A stretch of 64,000 nucleotides of DNA from Nitrosopumilus sp. Its GTDB lineage: Archaea; Thermoproteota; Nitrososphaeria; Nitrososphaerales; Nitrosopumilaceae. This document shows positions 44,128 to 54,209 of this stretch, piece after piece. The position numbers were made by a program, and so were the translations under genes. The first letter of the stretch is position 1. Every line of letters begins with the position of its first letter. The notes beneath the pieces are model-generated. The model was not told the DNA's origin. It made no database searches and was given only the letters and a program-made list of their open reading frames with translations. The stretch spans positions 1,367,849 to 1,431,848 of the forward strand of contig CBDBLX010000002.1 of assembly GCA_965207445.1 (NCBI GenBank), in the 5' to 3' direction.

Positions 44128-44235
44128 ATTCAATGTGTTATTATAATTTCTGGTATATGAAATAATACGTTATTTATTTATACATATAATAATATGTCAT
44201 TGGAAACAGAAATATCTATTATGTTAGAAATTATG

Positions 44236-44327
44236 ATGGTGTTGGAAATATGGTGTTGGAAATATGGTGTTGGAAATATGGTGTTGGAAATATGGTGTTG
44301 GAAATATGGTGTTGGAAATATGGTGTT
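44236..44327. repeat. 14 bp tandem repeat ATGGTGTTGGAAAT, about 6.6 copies
   Basis: Identical units read directly, with no spacers. Confidence 0.95.
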
Positions 44328-44553
44328 AGGAGTGACAGATTAAATGACATTAGAGTAAATTGTTACTAAATCAACAATACATGTGCATCTTTTTGGCCAA
44401 AATGTATCTTTGGGTACACTATATGCATATACTTATTAAATGTGTGAAATGGCCTTTGTGCATTGTGTAATGTTGTATGATATTGGATGATATTATATGT
44501 TAATGTATGACTAAATATAACACCACCACACATTGTATCGCCACATAGTAAGA

Positions 44554-45357
44554 TTATACCTTGTATGGCCACTTTTTCTTGTAATACCATGCATATACTG
44601 CTGCCATGGCCTCACAATCAAATCGGTTATACTCTAGCATCTTCTCTAAGCTGACTTTATCACCTGTTTTCACATACCTGTTCCACAGATTACCACACTC
44701 AACTGCAGAGACCTCTGTATCATCATACTTGTAATATCCACAATAGTCTGCTACCACTTTTATCGAGTATGATGAGAGAGGTAGTATGCATGCTTTTTTA
44801 AATGCAGGCAACATATTATGTAGGCAGTCAAGATATCCACAGTTCATACGTCGCAGATTTACAGCATCATAAGAACTCCAATGATAAATGGTGTGACAGT
44901 TTGGCATGTTCTCTTTGATGAATTTATTGTACATTTTGGCAAGCTTTTGCTCTGTATTGTTGTATAGTGGGACGTATCTATGTGTACTATTGTCATCGGG
45001 TTTATACAGTATACCGATCAAAAATACATCTTGGTGAAATGACATACTTTCAATATCTAGATATGCACACCCCTCTGACAATACATTTGGCATAAAGATG
45101 GGATTATTAGTTAGAATGCTTTGTGCCTGTGTTGCACGCCCAGACTTTGAGTGAGCCAACTCTAAAAGTGAGTGTATTCCTTGAGCGCGGAGTTTTTGCT
45201 CTGCATTATATCCAATACCTGGCATCAAGTTTAGGCTTCTTTTTTTGGGTGGTAGTAGTGCAGGTAGATTATTTCTTTTGGGTTTATGTTTGTGGGTATG
45301 TTTATTATTTTTGTTGTTGTCATTTGTTAGTTTTTTTCTATTATTCTTTGTTGACAT
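44554..45357 (-). CDS. YprB-like RNase H (DEDD-type) exonuclease with an HhH motif
   Basis: MPGIG, YLDIES, IYHWSSYD, SYSIKVVA, LEYNRFDC. Confidence 0.82.
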   Translation of the reverse strand: MSTKNNRKKLTNDNNKNNKHTHKHKPKRNNLPALLPPKKRSLNLMPGIGYNAEQKLRAQGIHSLLELAHSKSGRATQAQSILTNNPIFMPNVLSEGCAYLDIESMSFHQDVFLIGILYKPDDNSTHRYVPLYNNTEQKLAKMYNKFIKENMPNCHTIYHWSSYDAVNLRRMNCGYLDCLHNMLPAFKKACILPLSSYSIKVVADYCGYYKYDDTEVSAVECGNLWNRYVKTGDKVSLEKMLEYNRFDCEAMAAVYAWYYKKKWPYKV

Positions 45358-45711
45358 TTGACTTGCCTTTATTTTATTATCGCGTGTGTCATATAATTTT
45401 ACTCTATTATCTAACGTGTTGCATAACTCGTAAATTTATACTCCTCCGGGGTCGTGGCCATGTGGTCTGAGCCGCGCAACCTACGTTACACGATTCGAAG
45501 CCATAATAATTTCATTAAAGATCCGATAGTTTTCTAATATTTTGTATTCATAATATATGTTCAACTTTGAGATGAATATCAATCAAAATATCAGATCTTT
45601 AATCATATCAGTATGCATGACTGTGTGCGTTCTAGGCAAGCATTTAACTAGTCATATATTTGTGAATCAGGTATATAATTCCCCTTTTTAATTAAAGGAA
45701 CAAAAGATGAT

Positions 45712-48700
45712 GTGAAAACAAGTATTATGTGCAGTAGTGGAAAATATATTATTTTATTATTTTTTATGGTTTCATTGGTATTTTTTGTTCTAGTACATTA
45801 TGTACAAGCGGTGAATGCTCAAGAGCAGGAACAACAACTGCCATATTATGAAAATGACTTGCAGATACACATACCACACAAAATGATAGTTGGAGAGACC
45901 TATTATGGCATTATAGTGTCAAAGACGCCTGCATATGTGTCAGATGTAATTACTGCTACTAGTAGTATACAATCCACTGCTGCTATTACAACAACAACAA
46001 CAGATGCAACTGCCATAGAACCACTATCACTCATAGACACAACATTAGAGCATTTCTGGTCCATCATATTTGGGGAAAATCATACACAAGAGTCTACTAT
46101 AGTAACACCAACGCCCCAACAACAACAACAATCATCATCATCACAGCAAAAAGGCAGAATCATACATCTAGCCTTTAATCATGAGACGGGTTCTAATCCA
46201 CCTATCAAAATTCTATCCTCTCACAACAACACAGTAATTTTACCATATGGCATGAACCATGCTATATTCAAGTTTCAAGCATTACGTGATGGTATAACAA
46301 CAGTGCATGCATCTTATGATGGCCGCATCACCCACACTACAAGTACTATACACTCTTTGAATACAGGACCAAAAACACTTGATCTAATACTACCTGGAAA
46401 CACAACTAGTACTAGTAATCTTAATGCCATTATAATGATCAAAGATGGCAATAACTATCCTACTACTAGCAACAAGGATATCAAAGTCCGCATTATACCT
46501 ACAAATTTGATAGAGACACCAAATGAAATCATAATAACAGCAGGACAGACCCACACAGTTTTCCCCATTGTGGTGCAAAGTACGGGGCAAATCAATGTTG
46601 TAAGTGAAGGGCTGATATCAGATACAGAAAATATCGCATATGAAACAGACAAAATAACTGTGAAATTGGGCATAGCACCAAATGTGGCACTAGTGGGTGG
46701 TACTGTACAGTATGTTGTGTGGCTAGAGCGCAATGGCGTGCCATTTTACCCTCCACATACCATCAAAGGGGAACTTCAAACCACAAATACAGATGCTGTA
46801 CGATTTACACCATATGCACCACCTCACAAAAATGACAATAACTTTGAGTTTACAATGTATGATGGTATTGCCACTGGTGTATTGTATGCTGCAGGTGGTG
46901 TGGGGGTTGTAGGCAATAGTATGGAATCACCACACTACACATCTGATAATTTTGCAACCATAACTGCCATAATACCTGAATATGGTGTTGCATATGATAA
47001 TGTCTGTGTTGGTAGTATGGGTTCTATTCAGACAAATATAGAAAAAACAGAGTTAGAAAATTATCATTATAATAATAATAATGAAAATGAAAATGAAAAT
47101 ACCAAAAACAATAATTTAACAAATCCCGATCATAACACAAACCCCACCCACAACCCAATCCCCATAACAGCATCACGTCTCATAGCACAAGGCAATTCTA
47201 CTGGATGCACTGACAATCTAGAATCAATAAATGATTTAACAACTGAACTATTTTACCAAAGTACAATTTCACAAAATGATCAAGGAGATAATAACTCAAA
47301 TGAAGAGAGCAAAAACATACAGAATATTATTTTAAATGCTATAGATCCAACAACAAATCTAGTAAAATTATGGTTGTATCCAGATGATACTAGTTTTAGT
47401 ACATATGCAATAGTGGGATTTTACAATCACAAAGAAACAGAGTATTTTGTGTCATATGTGCAAGATAATCAAAGAGTAGATATAACATCAAAGGTAATTT
47501 TGGAGACACCTACAAAATTAGTAAATCAGTATATTACAGCCTCATCTAATAACAAGGCAAATAATAATAATAATAACAACAATAATAACAATGACGGTGA
47601 ATTAACATTCCAATCCACACATGTGGTACAACCTACAGTATATACAAACATGTATACATTTCCTATTTTATCTGGACATGAAGGCTCACATGATATCAGT
47701 ATAACTACACAAGGAAGTACTGCAACTGACACACTTAGAGTAATAGCACCACATCAGACACAATACAAATTACAAGTTCAAACCATACCCATAGCACTAG
47801 AAGAGCAAAGTATAGAGCAGCAGCCATTAGCATTCATTACAATAACTGATTCAGCTGACCGCATACTAGACATTAAAGAAGAGTTTGGAGTTGATCGTAT
47901 TATACATACGATATTTTCAGACAGTAGAACTCCCAAAAATACCATAATTAATCAAATATACAATACGGGAATATTATATGATGATAATGATGATGATAGT
48001 ATTACTGAACCCATTGTATTGACATCAACACTAGAAGGCACACCTGGAGCTGTAAAACCTGCAATATATGAAATGACACCTATAGGTATACCTGTCGCAG
48101 TTGATATGTTCATGCCCCATACAGTACATATCGGCGAGATATTTCCCATTACAGTACATCTTGTAGACACATATGATACTCCTATTTTGCGTATGAATAC
48201 AACGACGCTACCGCCTACGGGGTTGAACTTTATGTATGAAAATGGATTTGGTATGTTGATCGATGGTGTTGCCTCAAATATGCATAAAGATGAACCAATT
48301 AATCCTGCAGAGCAACAACAGATTATCAGCATACTACATGAACAAGGCGGCTCTACTACCAGTATGATCAGAGGATTTCTCAATCCATCTGATTATAACA
48401 TATTTGGTGTTCCCAATGTTGTATCTGCAGGTGATTCATTTGAGTTTCAAGTCGCAGCATCGAGTTTTGTAATCTCAAACTCATATGGTAATGAGGATCA
48501 AAAAGATATCAAAATAACATATGATCAAAATGGCGATATTGTAGATGCATATTTTTCTCATGATGATGATTATAATGATTATGATGGTAACGCATACAGT
48601 AATAATGCAATCCCAATACCTGCCCACATCCCACAATCATATGAAATAATCAATCACAATACAGCATGGGACTATACGCAAATATCACCTGGCAAGTTCA

Positions 48701-49551
48701 ACATTACAGCACATGAACTAGGCAATCACAATATTACAATGCGCATCAATATTATGGGATATGAGTCACAGACCATTGTAATACCATTTAGTGCCAAAAT
48801 GTCAGTGCCAATTATAGTCAAAGCAGTTTCAGCAGATGGTAGTGTAGAATTAGAGGCTGACTTTGATATCATAACTTCTTCTTCTACTACTACTATCATA
48901 CCAATTAATAATACAAAAACACCTTTTAGCACTATTTTTACGCAACCAGATAATTATGAATTTGTATTCAAACCAAACCTAGATCATGGGTATGCTTTAA
49001 CAGATATACAATTTACAGACGGTGGCATACTAGTAAATGATAATACTATCCATATCAGACCATCTGATAACCAAATTACCATAATAGCAACGTATGAAAA
49101 CAGAGTATATGTTAATGTGATAGGTGGGCATGGAACAGGGACATATCAATATGGTGAAACTATCATATTACAAGCAACACCTGCAGATGTAATACCATTT
49201 ATCATGCCAACAAAATTAGCCTATTGGGATGGTGCCCCCGGCGGGTTTCAAACAGATGAGCAGATACACATAATAGCTGATCGTGATATGAATATTTTTG
49301 CCATATATGAGCCAGACTATACGCGGATACTATATGCAGTGATTATAGGTATGGTGGTAGTGGGTGTTATGATATTACGTAGGTTTGGCTCTCGTATTAT
49401 GTATCAGATCGGCGAGTTATCAGAGTATGTTAAAGAGAGAAAGACTAACGATTATGATGATGAAGAAGGAGGAGGAGAAGGAGGAGGAGAAACCAAAGAA
49501 GAATATTATGACAACACCACAAGTATAATCGACAAAAAATACACACATTGA
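45712..49551 (+). CDS. Large cell-surface protein (signal peptide, beta/Ig-like domains, C-terminal TM anchor)
   Basis: 1279 aa; hydrophobic N-terminus ending AVNA; TM near the C-terminus; first gene of the pilus cluster. Confidence 0.8.
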   Translation: MKTSIMCSSGKYIILLFFMVSLVFFVLVHYVQAVNAQEQEQQLPYYENDLQIHIPHKMIVGETYYGIIVSKTPAYVSDVITATSSIQSTAAITTTTTDATAIEPLSLIDTTLEHFWSIIFGENHTQESTIVTPTPQQQQQSSSSQQKGRIIHLAFNHETGSNPPIKILSSHNNTVILPYGMNHAIFKFQALRDGITTVHASYDGRITHTTSTIHSLNTGPKTLDLILPGNTTSTSNLNAIIMIKDGNNYPTTSNKDIKVRIIPTNLIETPNEIIITAGQTHTVFPIVVQSTGQINVVSEGLISDTENIAYETDKITVKLGIAPNVALVGGTVQYVVWLERNGVPFYPPHTIKGELQTTNTDAVRFTPYAPPHKNDNNFEFTMYDGIATGVLYAAGGVGVVGNSMESPHYTSDNFATITAIIPEYGVAYDNVCVGSMGSIQTNIEKTELENYHYNNNNENENENTKNNNLTNPDHNTNPTHNPIPITASRLIAQGNSTGCTDNLESINDLTTELFYQSTISQNDQGDNNSNEESKNIQNIILNAIDPTTNLVKLWLYPDDTSFSTYAIVGFYNHKETEYFVSYVQDNQRVDITSKVILETPTKLVNQYITASSNNKANNNNNNNNNNNDGELTFQSTHVVQPTVYTNMYTFPILSGHEGSHDISITTQGSTATDTLRVIAPHQTQYKLQVQTIPIALEEQSIEQQPLAFITITDSADRILDIKEEFGVDRIIHTIFSDSRTPKNTIINQIYNTGILYDDNDDDSITEPIVLTSTLEGTPGAVKPAIYEMTPIGIPVAVDMFMPHTVHIGEIFPITVHLVDTYDTPILRMNTTTLPPTGLNFMYENGFGMLIDGVASNMHKDEPINPAEQQQIISILHEQGGSTTSMIRGFLNPSDYNIFGVPNVVSAGDSFEFQVAASSFVISNSYGNEDQKDIKITYDQNGDIVDAYFSHDDDYNDYDGNAYSNNAIPIPAHIPQSYEIINHNTAWDYTQISPGKFNITAHELGNHNITMRINIMGYESQTIVIPFSAKMSVPIIVKAVSADGSVELEADFDIITSSSTTTIIPINNTKTPFSTIFTQPDNYEFVFKPNLDHGYALTDIQFTDGGILVNDNTIHIRPSDNQITIIATYENRVYVNVIGGHGTGTYQYGETIILQATPADVIPFIMPTKLAYWDGAPGGFQTDEQIHIIADRDMNIFAIYEPDYTRILYAVIIGMVVVGVMILRRFGSRIMYQIGELSEYVKERKTNDYDDEEGGGEGGGETKEEYYDNTTSIIDKKYTH

Positions 49552-49580
49552 TGCTGAAAAAAAAAATAAAGTGATTTGCC

Positions 49581-51698
49581 ATGAAATTTTTCTCAAATGT
49601 ATTACCAAAGAACAAAAAATATGTGACTAGTCAAAAGTCTACAAATAATAATAAAAATAAAAATAAAAATAAAGTCAAAAAGAACACCGTACCAACATCT
49701 GCAACAACTACAACCACCACAACCATAACAACAACAAAAAAGAGATCAAGAAACATCACAACAGTCGTAAAACCCACAAAAAAAGAAAAGTTGGTACATA
49801 CACCACTCATTAAAAAAGTCTACACATATTTTTTACGCGAATACACAAAAGATATTCCACTAGCAGGCATATCAGCATCCCCCAGACATACAGCTACAAT
49901 ATCAACTGTAAATACAATTTTGCTAATTCCTATCAGTGCCATATGTGTAATATGTGGAACACAATTCATTTTACCTCTTATATTATCAAATATGATACAA
50001 CCTACACTACAACACATTCTCACACCATTCATTGCAATTTTACTCATAGTTATAATACCAACATCATACTATTTCTCAAAATTACATGGATTAAGAGATT
50101 ATATCAAAAGGCGCAAAAAATCAGTTGATGGTGAGATATTCTTCTTTACAGTATATTGTGATGTTGTGGAGAAGACTGGTAAAGGATTACGAGGTGCATT
50201 TGAAATGTTAAGATTAGAAGGAATGTCCGATGATCCCTATACAAACACAAATAGCAAAAAAAGTACCCATAATCATCTCTTTCCCTCAATGTACAAAGAA
50301 GCCTGTATAATACACAGAGAGATTCAAGTATTCTCAAAGAGTTTCATAGACATTATACGGCACACGAGTAGTATACATCCATCTAATAATTTCAAAGACT
50401 TTTTACGCGGCTATATCATATCCCAAGAATCAGGTGGTACGGGTGCTAGTATATATCTGCAAGAAAAACTCAGAGAGTATCATAATGCAGCACAGCGCAA
50501 ACTAGACAGTTATGGTAATACATCTGAGATGCTAGCAACAGTAGGGTCTTTTGGCCTAGTGATGTTTCCAATATTTATTGTCGTAGGTGGGATAATTATA
50601 CCGCCTGCCACTTTATTGTTTGTATGTGTGTTTGGTATAATTGTGATACCAATTATGATCATATTTTTAATTAGAATGGCTCAAAAGATGAATCCCATAC
50701 AGACGCCTAAAATTAAACTGCCATTATTGCCTATAGTGGCAGCAGTGGTTGTGGGTATGGGGTTGTTTGTTTTATCCATTTTGTTGGCAGATATGATGCA
50801 ATTATCTACTATAGGTTCGGATATTGTAGTTGTTGATGATGGTAGTGGTGGTAGTGGTAGTGGTGGTAGTGGTAGTGGTGGTAGTGGTAATGACAATGAT
50901 GGTAATATAACAACACCCCTTTTTTCATCCTATTGGGAAATCATTGTCATACCTCTAATATTATGGTCCATCATAAATTACTCATTTACAAAACATCAAC
51001 TATATGGAATGTCAAAACTAGAAAAATCCATACCAGATTTCATACGTGATATTAACCAAAAGACAAAGTCAAATCCCTCATTTTATGCTGCATTCACATC
51101 CATAGAATCAGCATCACCATACACAAAGCAATTTAATCACATGTTACATATGATAAAATCTCAATTGTTATTGGGTGCCAATATGGCAAATGTGCTATCC
51201 AAAGTTCATACTAATAGTTGGCTGTGCAATTGCACAATGCGTCTACTATCATATGCTGTTCGTACTGGCTCTGTTACACCTGCTGTACTGGATCGTTTGA
51301 GTATGTTTGTATCTCACTATTTGGAGTCTCGCAAAAACCTCGCAGAAAAGACTGCAACACCGTTAATGACAGGATATATGGGCTCTATAATTGTAGTAAT
51401 GATGATTTTAATGATACCAATGGCTAATTTTGATGTATCGTTTGGTACTGGGTTGAATCCATCAAATACAGGAGAGGACATCATATTAAATAACACAGGT
51501 GGCTTTGACCCGCATCATATGTTAAGTGAGCTCAATATGATTTTGGTAATAATAGGGGCATTTTGTAGTATGGTGTTAATAGCACAGATCAGATATGGCA
51601 CCATACTACATAGTATGCATACGGGTATACTGCTTGCTATAATTACGGCTATATTTTACTATGATAGGTATGCAGGTGGTGTAACAGTGGGTGGGTAA
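49581..51698 (+). CDS. Type IV pilus/archaellum membrane platform protein (TadC/FlaJ, T2SSF-like)
   Basis: Two T2SSF-like halves (HPSNNFKDFLRGY..SGG..YLQEK; LEKSIPDFIRD..RTG) with multiple TMs. Confidence 0.82.
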   Translation: MKFFSNVLPKNKKYVTSQKSTNNNKNKNKNKVKKNTVPTSATTTTTTTITTTKKRSRNITTVVKPTKKEKLVHTPLIKKVYTYFLREYTKDIPLAGISASPRHTATISTVNTILLIPISAICVICGTQFILPLILSNMIQPTLQHILTPFIAILLIVIIPTSYYFSKLHGLRDYIKRRKKSVDGEIFFFTVYCDVVEKTGKGLRGAFEMLRLEGMSDDPYTNTNSKKSTHNHLFPSMYKEACIIHREIQVFSKSFIDIIRHTSSIHPSNNFKDFLRGYIISQESGGTGASIYLQEKLREYHNAAQRKLDSYGNTSEMLATVGSFGLVMFPIFIVVGGIIIPPATLLFVCVFGIIVIPIMIIFLIRMAQKMNPIQTPKIKLPLLPIVAAVVVGMGLFVLSILLADMMQLSTIGSDIVVVDDGSGGSGSGGSGSGGSGNDNDGNITTPLFSSYWEIIVIPLILWSIINYSFTKHQLYGMSKLEKSIPDFIRDINQKTKSNPSFYAAFTSIESASPYTKQFNHMLHMIKSQLLLGANMANVLSKVHTNSWLCNCTMRLLSYAVRTGSVTPAVLDRLSMFVSHYLESRKNLAEKTATPLMTGYMGSIIVVMMILMIPMANFDVSFGTGLNPSNTGEDIILNNTGGFDPHHMLSELNMILVIIGAFCSMVLIAQIRYGTILHSMHTGILLAIITAIFYYDRYAGGVTVGG

Positions 51699-51768
51699 AA
51701 GTTGTGTCTTAGATGTGATAGGTAACAAAGTTATAAAGAAAAAATTTTGCTTTTATATATATTAGAAA

Positions 51769-52356
51769 TTGAGTGTAATGGAAAATAAAACATCCAATAA
51801 TACCAAAACAACAACTGCATCAGTAACGACAACACAGCAACAGCAACAGCAACAACCCACAAAAAAGAATCCACAAAGACAAGCCATATCTGGCATGATC
51901 GTCACAATCATACTGATAGGTATCGTAGTATCAGTAGGTGGCATACTAGCAACTACAACTACAGATTTGGTCTCAACGGGGTTAGTTCTAGAGACTGTAG
52001 AGGTGAAACGACTAGTTATACAGAATACGCAGAATAGTTCATTTGTATCTGCAATGATAAAAAACAATGGAAATACTGATCTAAAAGGTGCATTCATAAC
52101 AATTCAAAAAGACGATGGTAATTGTGTGCCTGGATATGGTAATAGTAGTACAAACTGTGGAGATGCAGACAATACAATACACTTTGGTAAAAATTCCGAT
52201 AACGCAAATGCAATAACTCAATCAGGAGAATCTACTACAATAAACGCCCAGCTTGCAGAACGTCTTCCCATAGGCAAAAAAGTCATAGTTACGATACAAG
52301 CTGATGTTGTTGGTGGTGGGCAATATCTCACTACAAAGTTAGTATCACCGCAGTAA
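51769..52356 (+). CDS. Archaeal type IV pilin
   Basis: Class III signal QRQA/ISGMIVTIILIGIVVSVGG, and IKNNGNTDL. Confidence 0.8.
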   Translation: MSVMENKTSNNTKTTTASVTTTQQQQQQQPTKKNPQRQAISGMIVTIILIGIVVSVGGILATTTTDLVSTGLVLETVEVKRLVIQNTQNSSFVSAMIKNNGNTDLKGAFITIQKDDGNCVPGYGNSSTNCGDADNTIHFGKNSDNANAITQSGESTTINAQLAERLPIGKKVIVTIQADVVGGGQYLTTKLVSPQ

Positions 52357-52423
52357 AAATAATCCATTTTTCTTTCTTTCTTTTTTTATTTATCCATATA
52401 TTATCTTTTATACACATGTATCT

Positions 52424-52504
52424 GTAACCGTTCAACCCCCGTGCTTGCACTAGATGTCAAGTGACGAGTCAGTACCTAAATTTTGGAAGGGGTTGAACGG
52501 TTAC
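52424..52504 (+). mobile_element. MITE-like family A, copy 5 (81 bp)
   Basis: Perfect 16 bp TIRs GTAACCGTTCAACCCC / GGGGTTGAACGGTTAC. Confidence 0.82.
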
Positions 52505-53166
52505 GACCCGTCTTTGCAGCATCCGCTAGGCCCAGAGGCACAACATCCTCAAAACCCCGCCATAAGAGGCAAAGTATCCGTAAACGTTGAAGACGTGGCA
52601 AGTTTTTTGATCTTGCAAAAAAAGAGGCAAAGACTACATCTGAAGGCGAGTTTACAAAGGTCATGTCTATGCTAGCAGATAATATACACCCGTTGATTCT
52701 GGGTGCCGTTAACAGATCTAGGAACGAGATCCGTTTCTTGGCAAAGACACTGCTAAAGCAACATCTGAATGACGCGCAAAGAATCGAATCCATTGTAAAC
52801 ACCCTTGTGGAGGAGCGGTTCTCCCACAGTTACCTGATGGGAAGAAAAGAGGCAAAGGACATACAACTTAACATAATCGACGTGCCTGCATCACTGACTG
52901 CAGGCATAATGAGCCTGTATCACGAGTATGCTCAGGCGCTACAGCTTGATGTCCCGTACAATGCTGAGACGGCACTGAGAACAGATACTGAAAAGACGAT
53001 TACACTGAACCATTCTTTGATCGAGAGTGAGCACATGACCCACACCTACTCTACAACCATCAGACTCAGTCGCGTGCAAATTGACGACTCGCAGACGGGC
53101 ATTCCAATGAGAACTATCAAGTCAGAGTCAATCAAAGAAGAGTGGCTACAAAACAACAATGTTTGA
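52505..53166 (+). pseudogene. 5'-truncated SDH_sah/ClpP-like serine protease fragment
   Basis: DPSL..PLGP..VSVNVEDV then, after a frameshift, IHPLILGAVNR..LAKTLL..SHSYLMGRKEAK; begins exactly at the MITE edge. Confidence 0.65.
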
Positions 53167-54209
53167 GATCTGATTATAAGATGCTTTATATAGAATTTTA
53201 TATATATACTATTAGACTTGACTGACAAAGCACATGAGAAAAATTATTCACACGAGAAACTTGATGGTGTCTTTGATTCAATGCCTGTCTTCAAAGAAAC
53301 CACTTCGGGGTTGGCATCTGCATCTCAGCTTGTGGACTCTACTGCAGACATAAAGTTTGTCTCTGACACGACTGATGCATCATATCTGCCGAATCCCACT
53401 CGTGACTAGCGCCCGTTTGAATCACATGAATCTAGAATCCTGTTCTACTGTTTACTACGCATTCCCGCCGCGGTAGGATCTAATCTACGTTCATGCGGAA
53501 TCTTTGTTCAAAATGTTTCACATAATGCAGTTCGTTGTTGGTTAGATCATAGTGTTTTGCCACGATGTAATCAATATGATCAATAATTTTCTTACAAAAT
53601 ATCTTATTTGTCTTAATGTATGAACCAATCTTCCTGACTTATATGATCATTCAAAAATAACTCCTCACAAATGTATCATATGTACGATATTTAATATATA
53701 GATAAGAATATTACTATATACAAGTATATAATTTATTATTATGTCCAATGAGCTTGGTTTACACGAAAAAGTCGCTGCCACATGACTTTTTAATATAATT
53801 ATGTTATTGTAAAACTTGCCCCATATTATGCCATTTTTGTACCACCCACACACTCTCTACCTTTGACACTACTAACACAATATACACAAACTGGCCGTGC
53901 CGCCACCATCCAATCCGATGTTTTTGCCTTGAACAACGTGACGCTGCATGTTACCTGCATGGCCACCATATCACATACCATAACGCCTGTCCGATATCTA
54001 TCTAAACTGCAGCATAAGTGAGTGAGAGTTGTGGGGAGTGGGCAAGGGTGAACGCTTGCAACCCAAAGACACAAGGCAAAATCAAAAAAGCAAAATTGCA
54101 GCATTTGAAAGCTAAAGAGTGTCTTGCAAAAGAAAAGATAAACAAGATCGTCAGAAATTATTATTAGAAGAATAATTTTATGATCAATATACAAGCCTCA
54201 TATTACATT

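Noticed and set aside
44236..44327. CRISPR array
   Set aside because: Short identical tandem units with no spacers and no cas operon.
45445..45505. tRNA-like GC-rich stretch (GGGGTCGTGGCC...TTCGAAGCC)
   Set aside because: Too short, and I could not fold an acceptor or anticodon stem.
1074..52504. Family A repeats as integron attC sites (they contain GTTCAAC = RYYYAAC and GTTGAAC = GTTRRRY)
   Set aside because: The inverted repeat extends conserved beyond the core boxes, there are no complementary L boxes, copies occur in both orientations and are not arrayed, and no integron integrase is present. Transposon TIRs fit better.
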